A stretch of 64,000 nucleotides of DNA, from positions 102,844-166,843 of the IMG/VR virus record IMGVR_UViG_3300045993_000425; one strand, given 5' to 3'. This document shows, piece after piece, positions 46,354 through 55,550 of this stretch. The stretch comes from a virus. The translations under genes were made by a program, and so were the position numbers. The notes under the pieces are model-generated. The model was not told where the DNA came from and did not search any database. It was given only the letters and a program-made list of their open reading frames with translations. Position 1 is the first letter of the stretch. Each line of letters begins with the position of its first letter.

Positions 46354-49300
46354 CTAGGCTCCAGCCTTCGGGATCTGCCTGTCAGCTACATCGCTGACGA
46401 TCTCAGAGACATCCTTGATCATCTGCTTGGCTTCTGCTCGCCAGGCGTCCATGATCGCTCTGTTGGTGGCAGCGATCTGCTCCTTCAGCTTCTTCTTCGC
46501 AGCCGGTAACTGGTGCTCGCCCTTCTGGAGCCCCTGGCCGACAGCCTGAATCGCCTGGTCGATGCCAGAAGCTAGTTCACTGCCCTGAGATGGACCACCC
46601 TGCTGGGAGCCTCCATCCTGGGCAGGAGGTGCCCCACCCTGCTGTCCTGGGTCGCCACCCTGCTCTGCCCCACCACCCTGGCCTGGAGGCCCGCCTTGGG
46701 GCTGCTGGGCCTGTTGCTGGGCTTGCTGCTGTTGAGCCTGCATCTGAGCTTGTAGCTGCTGCCATTGCATCCACATGGGGTTCTGGTAGAAGGCCTTAGC
46801 TGGATCCTTGGAGGCATCCTTGACCCCCATCAGACGCTCCTGAATCTCCCCAAATGTCAGGTACTGGGTGATGTTCTGCCAAACCGTTGGGTTAAGAGGG
46901 AAGGTTCCGGTCAGTTCTGGCCCAACCGGGTCTTTCTCCACCTTCTGGAGGATTTCATCGTAGGTCAGGTGTAGAGGAGCATCCTGCTGGAGGCGAACGG
47001 ACTCCTTCTCCTCTGTATCGATATCTAGACCGACTAGGTGGATGCGGCAGATCTTGGAGAGCTCACGGTCGATGAGGGGTAGGATGTCGGCACTGAGCCA
47101 ATCCTCGAGCTGTGCCAGTAGGGGGCGGATGCCGACATCTCTGGCTGCGGTCAGCTTATATTCCTCATTGGAATTGTGAACTACCGCACCATCTAGGATA
47201 AAGGAGTGGTCCTCAGAATACATCTCGATATCGACCATAGGCACTGTCACACCCAGGTCTTGCAAAGCCGTCACCTTCTCAATCCGACACTCTTCAAACC
47301 AATCAGGAGGCGATACCTCACACAGCCCAAGAACACGACGCACAAACTGCGACGAACACTTCGTTCTTCCCTTGATTGCGGAACCAACGCTGTCCCGCAA
47401 CCCCTTCTCCAGCCCACCAAACAGCGAGGAATCAGCACACATCTTAAGAAGCCGCAACGCAACGCAACGAGGAAGGTCCCCGATGTTCCAGTTCTGCTTC
47501 CTGTTCTGCTGCTTGCGAGGTTGAACGAACCCGATCTGCTTCCAGAACTCCGCTCTGTCCTTAATCGAAAGTTTGTAGCTGAAGCGAACCTCACCAAATG
47601 ACTCTCGCCAGAGTCCTTTCAGTGCGAGAGTTCTAATTCCAAGCCCAAGCAACAACTGTCTCGTCTGATCTCGCAGAGCATCATTCTGACATGTCAGGAT
47701 TACTGAACCATTGGATGTGCGATGACCATCGGCAGAGAATAGCCCCCTTAGGTAGGCTTGCCGATATTCAGCAGGAAGAGCATGAACAAAGGAAGGGATC
47801 ACCTTTCCAGATGTAGAATCACCGAACCCTAGAGACATCAACCACCGAACAAAGTCAGTATCGTAGACCACATTCTGGATATTGTGGTCTGACACGCTCG
47901 CAAAACCGTACTTGATCTTTACTGCCTCCACCTTCTCGGAAGATAGCTCACTTCTCTGATTCTTGTTATTGAGTCCCCAGGCTGTCAGTACCTCATGATG
48001 GTGCCTCCATACATCAACCTCATTGTGGTGCTGGTATAGCAACTTGAACTGAGCCCCCACTCTGCTCTTTGGAGGGACAATGCAACCATCACCAGCAGCC
48101 CAACCGAGGATTTCCATCATGTCCACGGTTAGCTTGCGCCCCTTGAACGAAGGAATCTCACTTTCGCTACCATCAACCATCTGTCCATTGACGAGAACCC
48201 AGTCACCAATGACCAAGTCCTCTTGTCGCTTCCATGCAACATCACCAGTATCGTCAACTACACGAAACCGATGATCTGGAGATGTCTGGATGATGACACC
48301 ACAAGCGAGCTCAGTCTCTACCAGCCTCTTGTCGCCAGACCGGAACATCCTTCCCGGCACCCACTTAGAACCACTCCAGAACTCTCCTTCCCTAGCGTCT
48401 AGCCCATCAAGAAAAGAAAACGCCGAAACAAGCCCAAGATTTTTGACCAATACATGACCAGTAAAGGGGAAGCATTCAGAAAGAGACTGGCTATTGGAAC
48501 CTCGAGTATTGTGTACAACCACGCCTTCAGCCATAAAGACATGGCTATTATCGTAGACTTCGATGTCCACCATCTCGACTACATCGTCACTTCTATCGCA
48601 AGACAAAACCGACTCAAACGAATACTCCGATACCCAAACTGGCAGGGGTTGTCCATGCTGTTCGGCGTATCGCTCAACGATAGAGCGGCACCGATAGGGA
48701 GTCTTGGGGTCGATCAGAATGTGGCGGATGTCATCACGATCCGCTCCTGACACATCTTTTCTGGCCCTGATCTCGTTCGCAAGCCGAATCGCTACAGAGG
48801 CCGGAATCTTGTCCCACTTACCAAGGCTATCGTGCGGTTTCTTCTGTTCCTTGTGAGGCTGTAGGAATCCGATGACTTCATCGTATTTCCTCTTGTCCTT
48901 GATGAATAGCTTGGACTCGCCAGCGACTAGAGTCCTCTTGGGCTTGCCTGGAACGCCACTCCACTCCCTCTTGTGCGTACCTTCGCAGGCGCGAGTCCTG
49001 ATCCCGAGGCTCAGGAGAAGCATTTTGACATCGCTTCTGAGAACGTCATCAAAAACAGTCACCGAAGGGGTTCCTGACGGCTCCCTAGTCCCATCAGCTG
49101 AGAACAGCCCACGAAGGAATGCCGCCCGGAGATTTCTCGGAAGAGAGTGCAAAAACGAAGGGATCCTCTTGCCGTCAGCCGAGGGACGGAACCCAAGCTC
49201 GATCAACCAGTCTACGAACTTCGTATTATGGAGTGTCGCACTCAGGCGCACAGGAGCGATGGTTTTTACGTCGCAAGCGTCCTTGTAGTACTGAACATCA

Positions 49301-51141
49301 TCATCGCTGAAGTGCCTGTCTCGAACTGTTGGTGTCAGTCCCCAGGAGGTCATGGCAGCTACATGACGCTCTCGAATCCAGGGTTCTTTGACGTGATGGT
49401 AATAGAAGTGAAGCTCCTTGCTGTGCTTTACCTTACCGTTCTTACGAACCAGCAAGGAACCATCTCCAACCAGCCAACCAAGCACCTCCAACATCCCTTC
49501 ATCCAACGTCTTGCCATGATAAGAAGGAACCTTACCGGCTCCAGGAACTTCATTCCTGTTGACGAGAACAAAGTCACCCTCGTTCAGATCTTCCTGACGC
49601 TTCCATACAAGACTGCCGTCATCAGAAACGATTCGGAACAAGTGGTCTGGAGATGTCAGTAGTTTAGAACCATTCGACAGCTTGGTAGTGCAGACCCTGC
49701 GAGGACCGCTGACGAAGGCTCGAGCGTCTACAAGTGCCTCACCTGTCCATACCTTGAAGCCAGAGGCCTCCTTCTTGTCGCCTAGAATCTCACCAATTGT
49801 CCTACATCCTTCATTGGTCCATACGCGAGTGTCGCGATGTACGCAAAGGTGCTGATAGCCCGGCACTTCTTCAGGAGAAATCTGGAAAGCAGCCATGATC
49901 GTCCTGGCATTGCTGTCTGCCAGGAACTGGAACTCCATATCCCTGCCACCCGAGTCAATCGGCTGCCAAGTCAGTTCATCCTCTGGTCCGATACCGAACA
50001 CTGGCATCCGCCAGCTGTTACTGGCTCCATTGATACTAGCGTTGAATTGCTGCTTGACGGCTTGCACCACCTCGACATCGACATCGTTGGACTTGATGAC
50101 CAGCATACCTCGGCTGGCTCGACCGTTCTGGAAGTATACCCGATTGTGAGTCCCGATATTGATATGCGTGGTGACCGCATTGATGGCACAATCCAGAGGG
50201 GTAAGAGGATACCCCTGAAGCTCGATGTCAGTCACAGGATAGAAGTTATGGACCAACATCTCGTCATGTGCGAAGGCCTGCATGGGGCGGCCCTCGATGA
50301 CCTGCACCCAGGAGTACTTGTCTGCCTCGAATAGTTCAGGCTTTAGTTTCTCATTCTTGAGGCGAGACAGGAGAGCGACAGCCTCCTCCCGAACCCGCTG
50401 GCTGGCCTCTCTGTTATGAGAAGCGAAGTAGATGGTGCCCGCATCGGTGGGACGGAAGGAGTGGAACTTTCGCTCATCTGGCCTAGCTGGGTCCACTACA
50501 TGAATGACCTCTGTCGCAGCTCTACCCACCACGATGCCATTGCGAGTCGTCATGTACAAAAACTCACTGAAGCTGCACCGGTCCTGGGTGTCCCATCCCT
50601 CGAGGTGACCACAAGTCAGGAGCAGCTTCTCGGCACGGTCGATCCTCTCCTGTAGGATGTCCTTCTTTTTGTCATCCAATTGGTCGAAGATGGCAGGGTC
50701 TGGCTCGATGACGAAGCCCTTGCTGTGCCGGTCACGCTGCTTCCGGCCGAACTGACCAACGTGATTGCTTCTGGTGTGAACGATTGCCGCAACCAGATCG
50801 TCCTGAATCGCGATTCGTTTCAGGAGGCTGTCTGGAACAAGCTGTACCTTGGCACGATAAATGCTTGCGTATTCGGTAATGCGGCTTGGGTCGCGCTCAA
50901 AGGCCAACCGCTCGATGCTGTCATCGGTTCCATTCAGGACGTTCAGGATGCTCTTGGACAGTGCTCCCTCATGCCTCCAGCCACCAGGCAGGGCTGGTAC
51001 ATCCTGCTTCATGACAGGCTGGGTGACATATCTGATACCCATGCCTCGGCGCACCTGTACATCGTCCGTCTTCTGGAGAGGGCGGTCGATAGCGATCTGC
51101 TGAATCAAGTCTGCGAGCAATGGCTTAGGCGGCTTAGGCAC
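46354..51141 (-). CDS. portal protein with two inteins (about 715 aa after splicing)
   Basis: Follows TerL; GYPLTPLD, YFQNG...RGML, RDMEFQ, AFQISPEE, GIRPLL. Confidence 0.92.
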   Translation of the reverse strand: MPKPPKPLLADLIQQIAIDRPLQKTDDVQVRRGMGIRYVTQPVMKQDVPALPGGWRHEGALSKSILNVLNGTDDSIERLAFERDPSRITEYASIYRAKVQLVPDSLLKRIAIQDDLVAAIVHTRSNHVGQFGRKQRDRHSKGFVIEPDPAIFDQLDDKKKDILQERIDRAEKLLLTCGHLEGWDTQDRCSFSEFLYMTTRNGIVVGRAATEVIHVVDPARPDERKFHSFRPTDAGTIYFASHNREASQRVREEAVALLSRLKNEKLKPELFEADKYSWVQVIEGRPMQAFAHDEMLVHNFYPVTDIELQGYPLTPLDCAINAVTTHINIGTHNRVYFQNGRASRGMLVIKSNDVDVEVVQAVKQQFNASINGASNSWRMPVFGIGPEDELTWQPIDSGGRDMEFQFLADSNARTIMAAFQISPEEVPGYQHLCVHRDTRVWTNEGCRTIGEILGDKKEASGFKVWTGEALVDARAFVSGPRRVCTTKLSNGSKLLTSPDHLFRIVSDDGSLVWKRQEDLNEGDFVLVNRNEVPGAGKVPSYHGKTLDEGMLEVLGWLVGDGSLLVRKNGKVKHSKELHFYYHHVKEPWIRERHVAAMTSWGLTPTVRDRHFSDDDVQYYKDACDVKTIAPVRLSATLHNTKFVDWLIELGFRPSADGKRIPSFLHSLPRNLRAAFLRGLFSADGTREPSGTPSVTVFDDVLRSDVKMLLLSLGIRTRACEGTHKREWSGVPGKPKRTLVAGESKLFIKDKRKYDEVIGFLQPHKEQKKPHDSLGKWDKIPASVAIRLANEIRARKDVSGADRDDIRHILIDPKTPYRCRSIVERYAEQHGQPLPVWVSEYSFESVLSCDRSDDVVEMVDIEVYDNSHVFMAEGVVVHNTRGSNSQSLSECFPFTGHVLVKNLGLVSAFSFLDGLDAREGEFWSGSKWVPGRMFRSGDKRLVETELACGVIIQTSPDHRFRVVDDTGDVAWKRQEDLVIGDWVLVNGQMVDGSESEIPSFKGRKLTVDMMEILGWAAGDGCIVPPKSRVGAQFKLLYQHHNEVDVWRHHHEVLTAWGLNNKNQRSELSSEKVEAVKIKYGFASVSDHNIQNVVYDTDFVRWLMSLGFGDSTSGKVIPSFVHALPAEYRQAYLRGLFSADGHRTSNGSVILTCQNDALRDQTRQLLLGLGIRTLALKGLWRESFGEVRFSYKLSIKDRAEFWKQIGFVQPRKQQNRKQNWNIGDLPRCVALRLLKMCADSSLFGGLEKGLRDSVGSAIKGRTKCSSQFVRRVLGLCEVSPPDWFEECRIEKVTALQDLGVTVPMVDIEMYSEDHSFILDGAVVHNSNEEYKLTAARDVGIRPLLAQLEDWLSADILPLIDRELSKICRIHLVGLDIDTEEKESVRLQQDAPLHLTYDEILQKVEKDPVGPELTGTFPLNPTVWQNITQYLTFGEIQERLMGVKDASKDPAKAFYQNPMWMQWQQLQAQMQAQQQQAQQQAQQPQGGPPGQGGGAEQGGDPGQQGGAPPAQDGGSQQGGPSQGSELASGIDQAIQAVGQGLQKGEHQLPAAKKKLKEQIAATNRAIMDAWRAEAKQMIKDVSEIVSDVADRQIPKAGA
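47173..48474 (-). mobile_element. portal intein 2 (434 aa, LAGLIDADG-type endonuclease)
   Basis: SE|CFPF...TSPDHRF...LGWAAGDG...LRGLFSADG...VVHN|S. Confidence 0.93.
48508..49845 (-). mobile_element. portal intein 1 (446 aa, LAGLIDADG-type endonuclease)
   Basis: HL|CVHR...TSPDHLF...LGWLVGDG...LRGLFSADG...VVHN|T. Confidence 0.93.
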
Positions 51142-51172
51142 GGTTCTATCCTTACCAGGGGCGTTTTGTCTC

Positions 51173-51180
51173 TAGATTGC
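51173..51180 (-). promoter_or_regulatory. putative late promoter core GCAATCTA
   Basis: In the terL-portal intergenic gap. Confidence 0.6.
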
Positions 51181-51196
51181 CTGCGAGTGGCTACTC

Positions 51197-53155
51197 TCAG
51201 AATAAAGCAGTAAACAGACCCTTCTTGATCTTCTTGGAAGAGCCAGTAGCCAAGACACCGGGCTCCAGCTTCTGACCCGTCAATTCCCCAATTTTCTGGG
51301 TCATCCAGTTGTCTGGCCTCAAGTCTGCCTGCCTGGTCTGCTCGACAACCTTCTGCTCAGAGGCTCTACTGGTCGAAATCACCTTGCCAGACTTCTGGAA
51401 GGTGTTCTGGACCATGTATCGGATGGCATCGCAGATGTCGTCCTCGTTGTCGTCTGGGATGTCGGTGGCGTTGCCAGCTTGGTCTAGCTTCCATTTGTAC
51501 CCAGAGAGTCGCTTGGCTAGGTGCTCACAGCCGTCATCCCCTCTAAGAAGATATAGTTCCGGTTGGCGGCTACCTGTCGGCATCATCTTGGACCTGACAG
51601 CCTCAATGCCTCCGATAACATCCTTCTTGTGGGTCCGCATCTTGTAGCCGTGGCGTCGAAAAGTGGCAATGTATGCCGGGTATGCGGTATCAGGCCAACA
51701 GGTTGGATCCCATCTTTTGATCCTAGAGTCGCATAAGTCGAGGCACTGGCTCGGTTCAAGACCTGGGATCTCAAATGCATCTAGGATGAAGAGGCGGCGA
51801 CCGTCTACCCACCCAGTGACGACAGCAAAGCAATGCGTATACCCCCAGTCGATACCTACTACGCACTCGGCCCCCCTCGATTGCAGGAGGCGAATCAGTT
51901 TGTCTCTATCGACATAGGCTGGTGGCGACTCTCCCGTGAGCTCTGTCCACATCTCAGCGGGACCTAGCATGTGCTGCTCACGGTTGAAGTGCGGATAGAC
52001 AGCACCGGCATTTCCAGGCTTTCGGCATAGAAGCTCTGCCTGGGCCATTTCGTTCGACACCTCATCGAACTTTGCGATGGTGTCGCTGACATCCTTCAGG
52101 AGTTTGGCGTTACTGTTCTGGGAGGCTAGTCTCCCCTGGCAAGCTGCTAGGATGCTGCACCGGCTGCATCCATCGTAGGCCTGCATTTTGGCGCACTTGG
52201 AGGCTGCTTTCGGGTCCCGATTCTTGAGGTCATCAAACTCACCGGGGGTGTAGGTCCTTAGAGTTTCATCAGAGTAGAACATCTCCTTCTTTGGGAGCTT
52301 GGTCTTGCACTTCTCCTCTGGGCAGCGAGCGGACACATCCAGCACGTTCCAGTGGCGCAGGATTGTCTTCGTCTTCAGTGCCTCGTCAATCTCCCTCTGT
52401 ACTAATCCTCCTCCAGATTTTCTCGTGCTGGTGAGGACCGTGATAGGAGGCTGCTTGTTTCCATTGACATCGACCTGCATGGAAGGGATGAGCTTCGCCT
52501 GGTCATATGCCTTAGGGAACCGAATTAGGTCAACTTCGTCAGCTGAAAGCCAACTGGTGTGGTCCGAGTTGGCTGATTGTGGAGTGTTTACAATCACCTT
52601 GACGTAGTGGACATGTCTTGTGTAATCATGTCTACCTTTCCTACCGTCTAGCTGCTTCCACTCGTTTCCGGTCAGGATGGAACCGTCTGTTTTGTTCTCA
52701 AACCAGAGGACGGCTACGGTGCGCTTATTGTTTCCGACGAGGAACTCATCAAGGTGCTCCCGCTCGAGGAAGCTTCTCAGGTACTCCTGGGCCTTACTAG
52801 CCTGCTGCTCGATGGCAGCTAGGTGGACTACATTGCGGTCCATATGGAGCATGGCGAGCAGCTCCAGGGCAGCAGCTCCGAGTGTCTTGTAACTGTCTCG
52901 AGAGGCCCAGATCATCACACGTCGGGAGTCGGAACCATCTTCCATCTTCAGCGACCGGCGATTGACTCCAGCATCGTAGATCTCCCACAAGGTGTCCAGG
53001 GTGCTACCCGTTGATAGTTCATCAATTCGGCTGTCTGGGAAGTCAAGCCCGAGATACATCCGTAGCCACTGCCCAAACCCATCTCGACTCTGGCAGGGAG
53101 TCAAGACCAGCTTTCGGAGTAGCTGAACCTCGGGATCGAATGGATTGGAAGCCAT
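51197..53155 (-). CDS. terL: terminase large subunit
   Basis: ASRDSYKT (Walker A), LSADEVD (Walker B), GIDWGY and DDICDAIRY nuclease motifs; upstream of the portal. Confidence 0.92.
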   Translation of the reverse strand: MASNPFDPEVQLLRKLVLTPCQSRDGFGQWLRMYLGLDFPDSRIDELSTGSTLDTLWEIYDAGVNRRSLKMEDGSDSRRVMIWASRDSYKTLGAAALELLAMLHMDRNVVHLAAIEQQASKAQEYLRSFLEREHLDEFLVGNNKRTVAVLWFENKTDGSILTGNEWKQLDGRKGRHDYTRHVHYVKVIVNTPQSANSDHTSWLSADEVDLIRFPKAYDQAKLIPSMQVDVNGNKQPPITVLTSTRKSGGGLVQREIDEALKTKTILRHWNVLDVSARCPEEKCKTKLPKKEMFYSDETLRTYTPGEFDDLKNRDPKAASKCAKMQAYDGCSRCSILAACQGRLASQNSNAKLLKDVSDTIAKFDEVSNEMAQAELLCRKPGNAGAVYPHFNREQHMLGPAEMWTELTGESPPAYVDRDKLIRLLQSRGAECVVGIDWGYTHCFAVVTGWVDGRRLFILDAFEIPGLEPSQCLDLCDSRIKRWDPTCWPDTAYPAYIATFRRHGYKMRTHKKDVIGGIEAVRSKMMPTGSRQPELYLLRGDDGCEHLAKRLSGYKWKLDQAGNATDIPDDNEDDICDAIRYMVQNTFQKSGKVISTSRASEQKVVEQTRQADLRPDNWMTQKIGELTGQKLEPGVLATGSSKKIKKGLFTALF

Positions 53156-53793
53156 TACTCCCTCCCCTTCTCCATAGCGGCTCGCATCAACTCAGCTTGC
53201 TTTGGAGTCAGGCGACCGCTTAGGGCACCGACTATCCCAACATCTTCCATCTTTTGTTCAGCACCACCAACCATCCGGTGTGTAACCGTCCTTGACTGAT
53301 CCGCTCCGACCAACTTAGCAACAGTCTCAATCACAGACTTATAGTTGCCAAAGCTTTCGATGCGGAAGTCACCCAGGTCATCGGGGTTACCACTAGCCAG
53401 GTACTTCTTGAGCTTCTCACCATGCTCACGGTGAGCCACAGCCAGCACCAAGCTTAGGAACTGTAGTGCTTCGGCTGCTGTCTGCCTCAGGAGCCCATTC
53501 GTCTCGCTGAGAAGTTCTGCCGTGTACTGGTCCCGACGCTCGTCCCACCGACCATCTACTCGAGCACAGCAGACCATCCCGAGGCTCAGGCCGGGATTCA
53601 GAACAGCGATAGCATCACAACCAAGACCACGCAGGTACAACTCATAGAGCCGCTTGTTGAAGTCTACAGACACCCTAGCCTTGCCAGACCTGAGGAACTT
53701 GTCATAGGCTACCTGCTCATCGACCGTGAAACGCTCCAAAGATGACTTCGCTGTCAGCTCTGGGTCTGGCTTCCTGATGATTTCATCCGACAT
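53155..53793 (-). CDS. possible terminase small subunit
   Basis: Helical 212-aa gene coupled to terL; HTH-like segment followed by W; assignment from position only. Confidence 0.45.
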   Translation of the reverse strand: MSDEIIRKPDPELTAKSSLERFTVDEQVAYDKFLRSGKARVSVDFNKRLYELYLRGLGCDAIAVLNPGLSLGMVCCARVDGRWDERRDQYTAELLSETNGLLRQTAAEALQFLSLVLAVAHREHGEKLKKYLASGNPDDLGDFRIESFGNYKSVIETVAKLVGADQSRTVTHRMVGGAEQKMEDVGIVGALSGRLTPKQAELMRAAMEKGRE

Positions 53794-53795
53794 GA

Positions 53796-54269
53796 CTAGC
53801 CCTCTTCACCGAAAATAGCCTTGGCTGCCTTCGCCTGGTCAAAGCGTCCATACCGGCGGAAATCGTTGACGATATTGACCCCCTCCTCGGTGTCAACCAG
53901 GGCTCTGCCAGGAACAGGAGCCTTGCGCTCTCCTACGAACAGTTCCTTTGCCCTACCTCTCTTGCCCTTGGACTTCAGGATTAGGAGCCAGTCATCCCCC
54001 AGGAGCTCATGCACCCAAGTCTCGAATGTCTTGAACCGCTTCTCCATGTCTTCTGGTAGTTCGCCGGATGGAACGATGACACAAGTGACGATTCTAGTCT
54101 CGCTGTCATGCCCTAGCTGGTGAGTCTCACAAGGGAACAGAACGAGAGGCCACAGCTTCAATTGGTGAAGCTGTGCCTCGTGGATGCCACCCGTCATCTG
54201 CGTCATGAGGCGTAGCCTAGCTAGCTGCTCCTTTACGCTGGGGTCAGCATTGTCCTTAGGCGAAGGCAT
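53796..54269 (-). CDS. hypothetical protein (157 aa)
   Basis: In the operon. Confidence 0.75.
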   Translation of the reverse strand: MPSPKDNADPSVKEQLARLRLMTQMTGGIHEAQLHQLKLWPLVLFPCETHQLGHDSETRIVTCVIVPSGELPEDMEKRFKTFETWVHELLGDDWLLILKSKGKRGRAKELFVGERKAPVPGRALVDTEEGVNIVNDFRRYGRFDQAKAAKAIFGEEG

Positions 54270-55236
54270 CTACTGCCCCCTTGACCATGCTCGCCAGGAC
54301 ATCCTTATCGGTTCCATTCTTGGGCTTGTAGGCATCGAAGAACTTCTTGAACGCTACAGACAACCCATCCGACTCCTTCACCTTCGCATGATGGAGGTCG
54401 GTAGCAAAGATCCGAAAGCGAACATCGGCCGCCTTCAGTTGTAGCTTCCTCTTGGTACACCATGCCTGAGAACCGACCAAGTCGACGCAGACCTTGTCAC
54501 CACTCTTCACCTTGTCCATCTGACTTTCCACCGAGAGGCCGCCCTCTACCTCATTCTCGGACAGATTCCAGATGCGGCGAAGGCTAGACCCTGTCGGGAT
54601 GTGAACTGGCGTATTGCTGCCATCCAGTACCCAGATTGCTCTTTCGATGTTGGCATCTGATACTGTCTGCCACCTCGGAGCACCTGGATACCAGACCTTC
54701 CCAAACTTTCCTGGGGTGTGAATGTGCCCACTGATGATGGTCTTCTGCGTCACCTTGTTGGGATCGATTGCATCCTTAGCGAAGAAGCCATTGTCATAGG
54801 ATGCACCATCGAATGTCTGATGACAGATTAGGGTGTCGCCACCTAGACTGTTTGCTGCTGCGATGAACTCGTCCTGGTCGTGGCAGTAGGAGACGAACGA
54901 CAATCCGCCGATCTCGATAGGGGAGTCGATTACCTTGATGGCTCCACTATGTACCTGCATGGCATGGGCTACAGCCATGCGGTCCCCTGGCCGGTCGTGG
55001 TTCCCAACCAAAGCAATGACAGAGGCCTCAGTTTCAACGATCTGCTTGAAAGCCTGAATCCAGAACCGCTGCACCTCGACGTTGACGATGGCATGGGTGT
55101 GATACTGGTCACCCAGGAAGATGACCGTATCGATTTCTCGCTGGCGACAGACCCTCACGATGAGTCGAATCAGGTTGCCGCAGTCCTCGAGGTCATCTGG
55201 CTTCGCATGAACATCGCCAACCAGTAGGTACTTCAT
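54256..55236 (-). CDS. calcineurin-like metallophosphoesterase (SbcD/Mre11-like nuclease)
   Basis: GDVH, GDQYH, GNHD, CHQ, SGHIH, YPG. Confidence 0.9.
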   Translation of the reverse strand: MKYLLVGDVHAKPDDLEDCGNLIRLIVRVCRQREIDTVIFLGDQYHTHAIVNVEVQRFWIQAFKQIVETEASVIALVGNHDRPGDRMAVAHAMQVHSGAIKVIDSPIEIGGLSFVSYCHDQDEFIAAANSLGGDTLICHQTFDGASYDNGFFAKDAIDPNKVTQKTIISGHIHTPGKFGKVWYPGAPRWQTVSDANIERAIWVLDGSNTPVHIPTGSSLRRIWNLSENEVEGGLSVESQMDKVKSGDKVCVDLVGSQAWCTKRKLQLKAADVRFRIFATDLHHAKVKESDGLSVAFKKFFDAYKPKNGTDKDVLASMVKGAVDAFA

Positions 55237-55550
55237 GACGCTCTACCTTCCGCCTTCTCGATGGCAGCTCTGGCTTCCCCCTCGGCGTTTTCTTCCTGTG
55301 CTAGCAGCTTTTTGATAGCGTCGTAGAGGTCTGGAGCGGCTGAGATCAACTGTGCATTGGCTCTGGTACGCTTGCCTGGGTCAGGAAACGAACAGATGAC
55401 CCCAGGTCGACCAGAGGGGATGACCTCATCCACGGCACCTCTGTACTCTAGAATTGCCCAAGGACCAGGCGTATGTGCGGACATCGTGATGACCTTTCTG
55501 GCACTCAGGATCTTCCTCATCCCCTTGATGAGTGCCTTAGCTGTGATCAT
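55233..55550 (-). CDS. conserved small phage protein (HTPGPW...ANA.LI.AAPDL family)
   Basis: Motif recognised; the real start may be MSAHTPGPW. Confidence 0.75.
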   Translation of the reverse strand: MITAKALIKGMRKILSARKVITMSAHTPGPWAILEYRGAVDEVIPSGRPGVICSFPDPGKRTRANAQLISAAPDLYDAIKKLLAQEENAEGEARAAIEKAEGRAS

